Source: Candidatus Latescibacterota bacterium
GTDB lineage: Bacteria; Latescibacterota; UBA2968; UBA8231
Assembly (NCBI GenBank): GCA_965203175.1
Contig: OZ241867.1
Span: forward strand, 5,952,001-6,016,000
DNA length: 64,000 bases
Reading direction: 5' to 3'
The notes beneath the pieces are model-generated. The model made no database searches. It was given only the letters and a program-made list of their open reading frames with translations, and had not been told where the DNA came from. Positions 1 through 8,531 of this stretch are shown here, piece by piece. Position numbers and translations under genes: made by a program. The stretch's first letter is position 1, and every line of letters begins with the position of its first letter.

Positions 1-1
1 G

Positions 2-841
2 CTGGCCGAGGTGGCTGCTTACCTGACGGAGAGCAACGACTGGGACGTGCTGTTCATCGAAACCCACGCCTCGGATTACACCAGCCACTTCTTCCTCTCA
101 CAAGCCGACGAATGCAGCGGGGCCGACGCGCACACGCTGGCGCGCTGCCAAGCGGGCGTGGCTCAAACCTATGCTTCCATCGACGGCATGATCGGCCGCG
201 TCGTCGAGCTGGCCGATGACGACACCGTCGTCGCGGTCGTCGCCGACCACGGCGGCACCCCCAACCAACACCGGCCGGTCGATATCGCCGAGGTGTTGGA
301 ACAGGCGGGCTTTTTGGTCTATGCAGACGCGGAGAAAAAGCAGATCGACTGGCAGCGGACGCGGGCGGCCAATGTGGGGCTGGTCCACATCTTCGTCAAT
401 CTCAAGGGACGCGAGCCTACGGGGATCGTCGATCCCAGCGACTACGAGCAAACGCGGCTCGACCTCATCGAAGCCCTCCACGCCTATCGCCATCCGCAGA
501 CCGGGCGCGGCCCCTTTGCCCTCGCACTGACGCGGGAAGACGCGGAAATGGTCAATCTGGCGGGCGAACTCGTCGGCGACGTGGTCTATGCGCTGCGGCC
601 CGAATACGACGGAGCGCACGGCAAGCAGCTACCCTCAGCCACGCTCGGCATCGGCGGGCAGCACTGCACGTTCGTGCTGGCCGGGGCCGGCGTCAAGCAA
701 GGGCTGGCACTCGAGCGACAGGTGCGGGCGGTAGATGTCGCGCCGACGCTGTGCTACTTACTCGGTATCCCCATGCCCGAGCAGGTGGAGGGCGGCGTGA
801 TTTACGAGGCGCTTGAAGACGCGGACTGGCATCTGCGATGA
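2..841 (+). CDS. Alkaline phosphatase superfamily protein (nucleotide pyrophosphatase/phosphodiesterase-like), 5'-truncated by window edge
   Basis: VVADHG, GAHG and VDVAPTL motifs; frame open from window start. Confidence 0.75.
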   Translation: MAEVAAYLTESNDWDVLFIETHASDYTSHFFLSQADECSGADAHTLARCQAGVAQTYASIDGMIGRVVELADDDTVVAVVADHGGTPNQHRPVDIAEVLEQAGFLVYADAEKKQIDWQRTRAANVGLVHIFVNLKGREPTGIVDPSDYEQTRLDLIEALHAYRHPQTGRGPFALALTREDAEMVNLAGELVGDVVYALRPEYDGAHGKQLPSATLGIGGQHCTFVLAGAGVKQGLALERQVRAVDVAPTLCYLLGIPMPEQVEGGVIYEALEDADWHLR

Positions 842-1860
842 AGGCAGCTTACTACTGCGGCGACCGCACGGTCGAAATCGGCGAGTGCCGGGTGCAATCC
901 CCCAGCGCAGATCAGGTGCGAATCGAAGTAGCCTATTGCGGAGTGTGCGGCACGGACATCCACATTTACCTAGGCCATCAGGACCGCCGGATCGACATGC
1001 CCCAAGTCATAGGGCACGAGATGTCGGGACGGATCGCAGAAGTCGGAGCCGACGTCGAAGGCTGGGCCGTGGGCGATCCGGTCGTAGTGCGTCCCTTAGA
1101 GGCTTGCGGCGCGTGCGCGGCCTGCAACGCCGGCAATGGCCATATCTGCCAGAATCTAAACTTCATCGGCATCGACAGTCCGGGTGCCTTCCAGGGGTCG
1201 TGGACCGTGCCGACCCATACACTGCACCGCCTGCCGGACGACATGCCGATGACGCTAGGTGCTCTAGTCGAGCCGCTGGCGGTCGCCTGCCACGACGTGC
1301 GCTTGGGCGAGGTGGTACCGGGCGAGAAGGTAGTGGTGATCGGCGGCGGACCAATCGGTCTGCTCAATGCGCTGGTGGCGCGGCACGCGGGGGCCGAGGT
1401 GCGAGTGGCCGAGGTCAACGCCTTTCGGCTGCAGGCAGCGCACGCGCTGGGACTGGAAACCGTCCATCCGCTAGAGGAGGACTTGGTCACCTACGTCGAA
1501 ACCTGGACCGAGGGCGCGGGAGCCGACGCAGTCTTCGAGGTCTCCGGCTCGTCGGCCGGAGCCGAGGTGATGACTAAACTCGCCAAGGTCCGGGGGCGGA
1601 TCGTGGTGGTGGCCATTTTCGCTGACGCGCCCAAAGTCGATCTCTTTCAATTCTTCTGGCGCGAGTTAAAAATGTGCGGCGTGCGCGTGTACGAACCCGA
1701 AGACTACGACCGCGCCATTGAGCTAGCGGCTAGCGGCGCGCTGCCGCTCAACGAGCTGATTACCGAGCACCTTCCCTTAGACGCGCTACCCGACGCCTTT
1801 GCCCGGCTGACAGCGGGCACGGACGCGGTCAAAATTTTAATCGACACCCAAGGGGAATAA
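838..1860 (+). CDS. Zinc-dependent alcohol/sugar dehydrogenase (MDR family)
   Basis: CGTD, GHE, CGACAAC...C structural Zn site, GGGPIG Rossmann motif; ATGA overlap with upstream gene. Confidence 0.92.
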   Translation: MKAAYYCGDRTVEIGECRVQSPSADQVRIEVAYCGVCGTDIHIYLGHQDRRIDMPQVIGHEMSGRIAEVGADVEGWAVGDPVVVRPLEACGACAACNAGNGHICQNLNFIGIDSPGAFQGSWTVPTHTLHRLPDDMPMTLGALVEPLAVACHDVRLGEVVPGEKVVVIGGGPIGLLNALVARHAGAEVRVAEVNAFRLQAAHALGLETVHPLEEDLVTYVETWTEGAGADAVFEVSGSSAGAEVMTKLAKVRGRIVVVAIFADAPKVDLFQFFWRELKMCGVRVYEPEDYDRAIELAASGALPLNELITEHLPLDALPDAFARLTAGTDAVKILIDTQGE

Positions 1861-1866
1861 TATAGA

Positions 1867-2634
1867 ATGAGCATCTTGGACCTTTTTAAGCTCGACGGCC
1901 AAACGGCCTTGGTCACCGGGTGCCGCCGAGGCATCGGACGCGGGTTCGCGCAAGCATTGGCCGAGGCCGGAGCGGATATCGTCGGCGTCAGCGCTTCACT
2001 CGAAGCAGACTCCGAAGTCGGCCAAGACATTGCCGAGCGCGGCAAAAACTTCACAGGCTATGCCTGCGACTTCAGCGACCGAGAGGCAGTCCGCGCCTTC
2101 GTCGAGCAGGTCAACGCCGAAGTCGGCCCAATCGACATCCTCATCAACAACGCCGGTACGATTCGGCGCGCGCCGGCTGAGGAACACGGAGACGAAGACT
2201 GGGACCACGTCATCGAGGTCAACTTAAACGCGCAGTTCGTGCTGGCGCGAGAATTCGGCAAGCAGATGCTCTCCCGCGGCCGGGGCAAGATCGTCTTCAC
2301 CGCTTCAGTGCTGACCTTCCAAGGCGGCATCACAGTGCCGGGCTATGCCGCGGCTAAAGGCGGAATCGGACAGTTGACGATGGCGCTGGCCAATGAATGG
2401 GCCGGTCGCGGAGTCAACGTCAATGCCATCGCCCCCGGCTATATCGCCACCGATAACAATCAAGCCCTGCGCGACGACCCGGTGCGCAACGAGCAGCTAC
2501 TAGTGAGAATCCCAGCCGGCCGCTGGGGCACGCCGGACGACTTAAAAGGCGCGGTAGTGTGGCTGTCGTCGCGAGCAGCCGACTACGTGCACGGGTCCAT
2601 CGTAATCGTCGATGGAGGGTGGATGGGGCGTTGA
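1867..2634 (+). CDS. kduD: SDR oxidoreductase, KduD-like (2-dehydro-3-deoxy-D-gluconate 5-dehydrogenase)
   Basis: TGCRRGIG, NNAG, FQGGITVPGYAAAKGG, VDGGWMGR end typical of KduD. Confidence 0.8.
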   Translation: MSILDLFKLDGQTALVTGCRRGIGRGFAQALAEAGADIVGVSASLEADSEVGQDIAERGKNFTGYACDFSDREAVRAFVEQVNAEVGPIDILINNAGTIRRAPAEEHGDEDWDHVIEVNLNAQFVLAREFGKQMLSRGRGKIVFTASVLTFQGGITVPGYAAAKGGIGQLTMALANEWAGRGVNVNAIAPGYIATDNNQALRDDPVRNEQLLVRIPAGRWGTPDDLKGAVVWLSSRAADYVHGSIVIVDGGWMGR

Positions 2635-2652
2635 TGACGGAAGAGTGCGCGC

Positions 2653-3256
2653 CTGCTAGCATTCTGGGGCAAGACGCTGCGTAGTTCTGACAATTCCTCG
2701 GGAACTGTATTCAATGATACCGAAGGGCAACGTAGCTATAAGCCTGTCTTACATCATTTAATGGATGTCGCTGCTGTCGCCCTGAGATGGCAGCAATTGA
2801 ATCCTGCCCGTCTTGAGCGCGAGGTCGCTTTGCTGAAAGCGAGTCCAGAGTGCTTATCCAAGATCACTTCTTTTCTGGCTGGCATACACGACCTTGGCAA
2901 AATTTCACGCGGCTTTCAGGCGAAGGTACCCGAATTGTGGCCAGAGCAGATCCCTAGCCCGAAGAGAGCAATCGCCGACCGTGGTCATTGGCGCAACACG
3001 GCTATCCTTCTCAGAGCCGAGCCAATCGCCCAAGAGTTCGCCAGCTTATTCCCTAGCATCCCTTATGATATAGCACCGATCATTGCTGCCATTGCGGGGC
3101 ACCATGGACGACCACCCGAGGGACAGGATGAAGTAAACGCCGATCCAGGCAAAGCTCGACGCGACCAGCAGCTTCGTGAAGAATGCGTGGACGCGGCTCA
3201 TACTGCCTTTTGTATTCTCCAAAACCTGATAGAGCCTCTGCCGTTATTGTCGCTCG
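2653..3256 (+). pseudogene. cas3: Truncated CRISPR-associated Cas3, HD nuclease domain only (type I-E-like)
   Basis: In-frame FWGKT...YKPVLHHLMDVAAVA, IHDLGK, GFQ, AIAGHHG; no helicase motifs; the frame runs into a CRISPR repeat at 3257 and stops at 3375; no ATG upstream of FWGKT. Confidence 0.85.
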
Positions 3257-3347
3257 ATGTTCCCCGCAGGCGCGGGGATGAACCGTGGACCGTTTTCTTT
3301 TTCTCCCGACCGAAGACAATGTTCCCCGCAGGCGCGGGGATGAACCG
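3257..3347 (+). CRISPR. Type I-E CRISPR array, left part: 2 repeats, one 33-bp spacer
   Basis: ATGTTCCCCGCAGGCGCGGGGATGAACCG at 3257-3285 and 3319-3347; resembles the E. coli-type I-E repeat. Confidence 0.92.
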
Positions 3348-3607
3348 CTACCTGGTGCAGCCGTCGCTGCACTAGTTGAGGCCCTAGATGTAGCGATAGA
3401 CGAACTTTTTGGTCAATGGCCAGGACACCCAGCCGATGTTCCGAAAGGCAAAGTCCAAAGCGCGTTGCTTAGCCTGTATGGCGTGGCTGGCGAAGCGTGT
3501 GACGACTGCGCCCGCTGGAATGCACGCCAATAAAGGCGAACCCGCAGGCGGTGGCCTGTGGCCGGTCAATGGGCCGCCGCCGGAGACTTTATGAAAAGGA
3601 AGGAGGA

Positions 3608-4300
3608 ATGATGGACTATCATATAGAAGTCAAGAGAGCAGGGGGAAGGTCTCGCCACTTTCGTGGCTGCATCCCCAATGAAGACTGGTCTCGATTATTA
3701 GAATTCAGAGACGAAGTCCGCCGCATGACATCTCATTTTGTGAGATGCGGTATTACAAACCTGAACATTAGCACTACTCTCTCTTGGGATCAGGATGGGC
3801 TTAGATTCTCATCTAAAACTGATCTCAATGATGGACACATGAACATTATTCTCCATAGTATCAGACCTTTCCATCTTAAAAAGGAGCCTTTTTACTTTTG
3901 TAAAATGCTAAAAATTCTCAATCGCCATATAAATGGAAACCCTATTAACATGCTTTTTCGTAAAGCGAAAGACGATTTTCTTGGAAGAAATTTTCAAAGC
4001 CAAGTTTCTATTTCTTCCATTTTGGGTGCCGATCCGGGGCAGCATCACACTATTAACAGCGAGGATACGCTAAATCTATGGCTTAATGCGTATGAATACC
4101 ACAGAGACGAAAAGAAGAAGTTGCTTCTCGATGATATTTTGTCTAGTATTCCTAGGGGGTTTGGGGTCTCTGTATTTAAGTCTATGATGATAGACAAAAT
4201 AAGAGCCATCATATGGCTTAGTGATTTTATTTCCGCTATAGAAGAGTCGCCAACTGGAAGACGCTCGGCAAACGTTAAAAAGGAGGTGCTTGATGAGTGA
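3608..4300 (+). CDS. Hypothetical protein, AT-rich, inside the CRISPR insert
   Basis: Strong RBS (AAGGAGG) before ATG 3608; long ORF in AT-rich DNA; overlaps next ORF. Confidence 0.7.
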   Translation: MMDYHIEVKRAGGRSRHFRGCIPNEDWSRLLEFRDEVRRMTSHFVRCGITNLNISTTLSWDQDGLRFSSKTDLNDGHMNIILHSIRPFHLKKEPFYFCKMLKILNRHINGNPINMLFRKAKDDFLGRNFQSQVSISSILGADPGQHHTINSEDTLNLWLNAYEYHRDEKKKLLLDDILSSIPRGFGVSVFKSMMIDKIRAIIWLSDFISAIEESPTGRRSANVKKEVLDE

Positions 4301-4919
4301 GAGTATCGAACATGTCCAAAAGCTGAGAAAGTTGAAGATGGCTTTCTTTGATTTGGAAGAGGCGTGGAATTATACTGAAATTCTGTTGAAAGGAAGATAC
4401 CATGAGGCCGACCCTTTTTCTTGGCATCCTAGAGGTAGGCCGCCAGAGGATCATCATATGAGAGAGGCATTAGTGACTGCCTTGGTTATCTCTCTATCTC
4501 GTGCCCAAAAATACTGTGAGGAGTGCCTTGAAACCCAAGAGGAAAAAGATTTTGCTAGAATGGTTAAATTCTTTAGAGATAAATACTTTGCTCATTCTGA
4601 CATTCTCCCTTATGGACCGAGTTTTATTCGTCCTGCTTGGGACGAGGGGCACACAAGACAGGCTCGGAGCCTAATAGAGAAAACCTTTAGACATTTGAAG
4701 AATAGCAATGATATAGCCAGAACCCGTATCACCCCTGAGATGACAAACGTCACTGAGTACCGTGTCGAAAATATCACATTCGACGAAATGTTCAAGCGAC
4801 TCAACGAGCTAGGCCAAGAAGGGTGGGAACTTTGGGAGCCTTTTGGCGAGAGGAAGAGGATACTAGATGAAGTGAAAAGAGAGTGGTTTTATAGAGTAGG
4901 TTTCAAGCGGATGCGCTGA
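4293..4919 (+). CDS. Hypothetical protein with HEPN-like motif and DUF4177-like C-terminus
   Basis: RBS AAGGAGG; FRDKYFAH (Rx5H); C-terminal EYRVE...LNELGQEGWEL. Confidence 0.6.
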   Translation: MSESIEHVQKLRKLKMAFFDLEEAWNYTEILLKGRYHEADPFSWHPRGRPPEDHHMREALVTALVISLSRAQKYCEECLETQEEKDFARMVKFFRDKYFAHSDILPYGPSFIRPAWDEGHTRQARSLIEKTFRHLKNSNDIARTRITPEMTNVTEYRVENITFDEMFKRLNELGQEGWELWEPFGERKRILDEVKREWFYRVGFKRMR

Positions 4920-4946
4920 AAAAGATCCTCATATCCCAGAAAAGAG

Positions 4947-5364
4947 ATGCCAACGACCAACCTTAATTTCTCCCCCGGCACCGTCTTCCACATGGACAAC
5001 TTGGAAGCACTGAGGGGCATGAACAGCAACACCGTCGACCTGATCGCCACCGATCCGCCGTTCAACACGGGCCGCAACAGGGAGGGCAAAGGCGGCCAGT
5101 ACCCGGACAGTGGCGTTGGGGCGACAATGTCCACTACGAGTGGATGGACCAGATACGCGACGACAACGAGCCGTTAGTTGAAGTGATTGAGTCGGCGATG
5201 CATGCGCACAGCTTCAACCTCGGCGCGTTCTTGTGCTTCATGGGCGTCCGGATGCTGGAGATGAAGCGGGTGCTCAAGGAGACGGGGAGCATTTACCTGC
5301 ACTGCGATCCCACGGCGAGCCACTACCTCAAGGCGAGCATGGACGCCGTGTTTGGTGGTGCCGA
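4947..5364 (+). pseudogene. Site-specific DNA methyltransferase (N4/N6, beta class) fragment, frameshifted and truncated
   Basis: DNLEALRGM...DLIATDPPFN; frameshift near 5108 (WRWGD...EWMDQI continues in another frame); LKETGSIYLHCDPTASHYLK; ends at CRISPR repeat 5365. Confidence 0.85.
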
Positions 5365-5515
5365 ATGTTCCCCGCAGGCGCGGGGATGAACCGTGGATTC
5401 GGCCAGACAAGCGGTTGGCGATCTAATGTTCCCCTCACACACGGGGATGGACTGTTGGTTGCATGACGACAATGACGACTTATGCCATATTCTCCACACG
5501 CGCGTGCTTAGGTGC
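5365..5515 (+). CRISPR. Type I-E CRISPR array, right (trailer) part: one perfect and two degenerate repeats
   Basis: Perfect repeat 5365-5393; degenerate ATGTTCCCCTCACACACGGGGATGGACTG 5426-5454; very degenerate ATATTCTCCACACGCGCGTG from 5487; both spacers 32 bp. Confidence 0.85.
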
Positions 5516-5620
5516 GAAAACGGAGAAGATTCTGAGCGGCAACGGTAGCAATACCTTGCTGCTGAGCTACCTACATTCTAAACTCTAAAGCGACCCATGC
5601 GTTGATTAAGGAGTCCAAGA

Positions 5621-5917
5621 GTGAGCTTACAGAACGTTCCAGACAGCATTAAGCGCGATGTGGCCCGCGGAGTGGCGATCCTCAAAGAGGCAGGCTGTCA
5701 GCAGGTGTACGTGTTCGGCTCCGTAGCAGAGGGGCGCGTACGGCCCGGCTCAGATATTGACTTTGCCGTCCGCGGCTGTCCGGCGAAACTGTTCTTCAAA
5801 TTGCAGGGAAGACTGCTCATAGAATTGCGTCGCTCCGCGGATCTGATCGACTTAGATGCAGACCCAGATTTAACGGCCTTTCTCGAACGCGAAGCGGGCA
5901 TGATCCATGTTGGATGA
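5621..5917 (+). CDS. Minimal nucleotidyltransferase (MNT) antitoxin
   Basis: VYVFGSVAEG...SDIDFAV motif, 98 aa. Confidence 0.88.
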   Translation: MSLQNVPDSIKRDVARGVAILKEAGCQQVYVFGSVAEGRVRPGSDIDFAVRGCPAKLFFKLQGRLLIELRRSADLIDLDADPDLTAFLEREAGMIHVG

Positions 5918-6410
5918 TCGTGCTCAGGCCCACATTGAGCGAGAATTGCAGCAGATCGAGAGCCTTTTTCTAGAATATCGCACACTGCTATCTGAGACTA
6001 GTATCAATGAACCCAATCTCGTTGAATTAACTGCATTAGCGGGCGTTCTCCATTCGTTCTATAACGGTGTGGAAAACGTATTCCAGACTATTGCTAAGCG
6101 AGTGGATGAGCAGATGCCAACTGGATCGAACTGGCATTGGGAGCTTCTCCACTTGATGGCTCGCAAGACGGACAACAGGCATCCTGTCGTCTCTCCAGAA
6201 ACAATAGATCGCCTTGAGCCGTACCTTGGATTTCGCCACTTCGTACGACACGCTTATTCCTTTCGGCTGAATTGGACGAAAATGGAGGATCTTGTGCTTG
6301 AGCTAGGCGAGGTCTGGTCAACATTTCGACAAGACATCAGAATATGGCTGGACTCAAAGCCAGAAGGATCTGTTGATCCCGATTCAAGCTCGCCAACGCA
6401 AAAAGAGTAA
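5907..6410 (+). CDS. HEPN (HepT-like) ribonuclease toxin
   Basis: LHSFYNGVENVF, WHWELL, FRHFVRHAY (Rx4H); overlaps MNT gene. Confidence 0.88.
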   Translation: MLDDRAQAHIERELQQIESLFLEYRTLLSETSINEPNLVELTALAGVLHSFYNGVENVFQTIAKRVDEQMPTGSNWHWELLHLMARKTDNRHPVVSPETIDRLEPYLGFRHFVRHAYSFRLNWTKMEDLVLELGEVWSTFRQDIRIWLDSKPEGSVDPDSSSPTQKE

Positions 6411-6504
6411 GGTTGCTTGACAAAATCGTTTTAGGATTTCCATTGAAAGCCAAATCAGTCCCTTCCCAACCCAATCACAACGCACTTTCCCGCGAGGAGA
6501 CCCC

Positions 6505-7500
6505 ATGATCCGCATGGCGCAATACGGCACCAAGCACGGTCACGCCGCTGGCAAACTCAAGGCAATGCTCGACAACCCCGAGGTCGAAGTCGTCGGCCTA
6601 TACGAACCCGACGCCGAATGCCGCCAACAAGTTGCAGACGACGAACTCTATCGACAGGTCCGCTTCTTGGACAGCGAAGAAGAGCTGCTCGGTGACAGCT
6701 CCATCGTCGCCGTCGCCTCCGAGGGCCGCAACGACGAGAGCTTGGACCAGACCGAGCGCATCGTCCAAGCCGGCAAGCACGTGTGGTACGACAAGCCAGC
6801 CGGAGACGATTGGGCGCAGTGGCAGCGGGTCGTAGCAGAGGCGCGGGCCGCCGACCTGCAAGTGCAAATGGGCTTTATGCTGCGCTACCATCCCGGCTTC
6901 AACCAGATCGCAGAGTGGGCGCGGTCGGGGTTTTTGGGCAATGTCTATTCAGTGCGCGCCCACATGTCCACCAACATCACCGAGACCGGGCGAGAAGTAA
7001 TCGCCGCCGGACACCATGGCGGCATCTTCTACGATCTAGCCGGGCACATGCTCGATCAAGTGGTGTGGATTCTGGGGCGGCCGGAGAAAGTGACGACCTT
7101 TCTGCGCAACGACACCGGCGTCGTGCCCGCGTTTCAGGACAACACGCTCGGCGTTTTTGAGTACGAGCGGGCCATGGCTTGGGTCGATATTGCGGCGATG
7201 GAGCCACAGCCGATGGCGCGGCGCTTTGAGGTCTATGGCGATCGCGGCAGCGCGATTCTGCTAGAGCCTTTTGAGCCGGGCCAGACCATCCGGCTCTGCC
7301 TGACCGAAGCAGCCGACGGCTATGCACAGGGCGAGCAGATGGTACCTTTCGAAGGAATTTCGCGGCAGGGACTTTACGAACTCGAATTGGCGTCCCTTGT
7401 ACGGGTTCTCAAAGGCGAACACGGCCCAGACCGCTCACTCGACCACGAACTCCTCGTGCAAGAGACCTTGCTGCGCGGGACCGGGCTTATTGCGGCTTGA
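6505..7500 (+). CDS. Gfo/Idh/MocA family oxidoreductase
   Basis: GKHVWYDKP, GFMLRYHP, GGIFYDLAGHMLD. Confidence 0.9.
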   Translation: MIRMAQYGTKHGHAAGKLKAMLDNPEVEVVGLYEPDAECRQQVADDELYRQVRFLDSEEELLGDSSIVAVASEGRNDESLDQTERIVQAGKHVWYDKPAGDDWAQWQRVVAEARAADLQVQMGFMLRYHPGFNQIAEWARSGFLGNVYSVRAHMSTNITETGREVIAAGHHGGIFYDLAGHMLDQVVWILGRPEKVTTFLRNDTGVVPAFQDNTLGVFEYERAMAWVDIAAMEPQPMARRFEVYGDRGSAILLEPFEPGQTIRLCLTEAADGYAQGEQMVPFEGISRQGLYELELASLVRVLKGEHGPDRSLDHELLVQETLLRGTGLIAA

Positions 7501-8482
7501 GCCATGCCTCGGCAATCACGCGCTTGATCGGTGGGATCGCTAGCTGGAAGTTGCGACCAACCGGGCGCGGATGCGGAAACCACTTCCACAGTAATGCACC
7601 AACCACGCGCGGCTCAGCGGCGATGGCGTCAAGCGCGACGCGCATGCAGGCCACTTGCACGGGGAGCGCGTCCTCGCCATCCACCGGGTACGCCCACGGC
7701 GCGAGCGGCGCTTGGTGCGACTGGTTGTAGCCCAGCTCAGTGAAGAGGATGTTGCGGTTGTGTAGCTCGCCAAAGGCCCGCAGTTCCCCCATGCGCTCTG
7801 CCCAGCCAGCGCGGATATCCTCCTCGTCGTAATCGGGATCCTCAGTGAGGGGGAAATAAGCCTGAATGCCGATGACATCGAGAGCATCCCAGAAAGGCAC
7901 TTGGCGGTAGTCAGTCCAATTGGCCGCATAGGTCAGGGGCGCATCAGTGCGCTGGCGCACCTCGGCAATGAGTGCGCGCCATTCCTCCTCAAAAGTCAGC
8001 ATGCGGTCGAGTTCGGTGCCGACGACGAAACCATCGGCCTCCCGGCAGACGGTGGCCAACAGCGCGATCCACTCCCGATAGTCCCGCCAGAACCGCTGCC
8101 AATCCTCGGCTTGGGCAAAGGTAATTTCGCCCCGCCAAGCAAAGGGCGAGCGCCAATAGGCGATATGGGGCTTGATGTAGATGCGCAATCCCAAGCGGTG
8201 GGCCTCGCGGATGGGACGCACGATATGGGCCGGCGGGTCGTCTGGATCAATGTCCGACCACCGGAGCGTACCGTCGGCACGGATGCTAGCGTAGGGGTGG
8301 ATCGCCACCCAGTTGGCACCGACAGCGCGAATGTCCTCTAGGGTCGGCACAATGGCGTCAGTGCCCCAGTCGCGGCCAATGCCGTGCGTGGAGATCGTGA
8401 TGCCGCGGACCTCCGTATCGTCGGCCACAGTCAATCCGGCGAGAGCGAGAGCGAGAACGAGGGCGTTGATAGCATGGGACAT
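7487..8482 (-). CDS. Secreted glycoside hydrolase, GH113-like
   Basis: Signal peptide; IKPHI, WRGEI, GTEL, TYAANW, GIQAYFPL, FTELGY. Confidence 0.8.
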   Translation of the reverse strand: MSHAINALVLALALAGLTVADDTEVRGITISTHGIGRDWGTDAIVPTLEDIRAVGANWVAIHPYASIRADGTLRWSDIDPDDPPAHIVRPIREAHRLGLRIYIKPHIAYWRSPFAWRGEITFAQAEDWQRFWRDYREWIALLATVCREADGFVVGTELDRMLTFEEEWRALIAEVRQRTDAPLTYAANWTDYRQVPFWDALDVIGIQAYFPLTEDPDYDEEDIRAGWAERMGELRAFGELHNRNILFTELGYNQSHQAPLAPWAYPVDGEDALPVQVACMRVALDAIAAEPRVVGALLWKWFPHPRPVGRNFQLAIPPIKRVIAEAWLKPQ

Positions 8483-8531
8483 ATTAGGCTAAATATACGG
8501 AACCACGCCTAGATAGGATGGAGACCAAACC

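Noticed and set aside
3430-3555. ATGTTCC (about 3436) and CCCGCAGGCG (3541) resembling parts of the CRISPR repeat
   Set aside because: Only 7-10 bp match, no palindromic partner, and not at 61-bp periodicity.
5095-5120. Programmed frameshift or phase variation in the methyltransferase
   Set aside because: No homopolymer or slippery tract at the shift, and the gene is also truncated, so simple decay is more likely.
3286-5486. Possible self-targeting of spacers within the window
   Set aside because: No match noticed by eye; a proper search against the genome and viral databases is needed.
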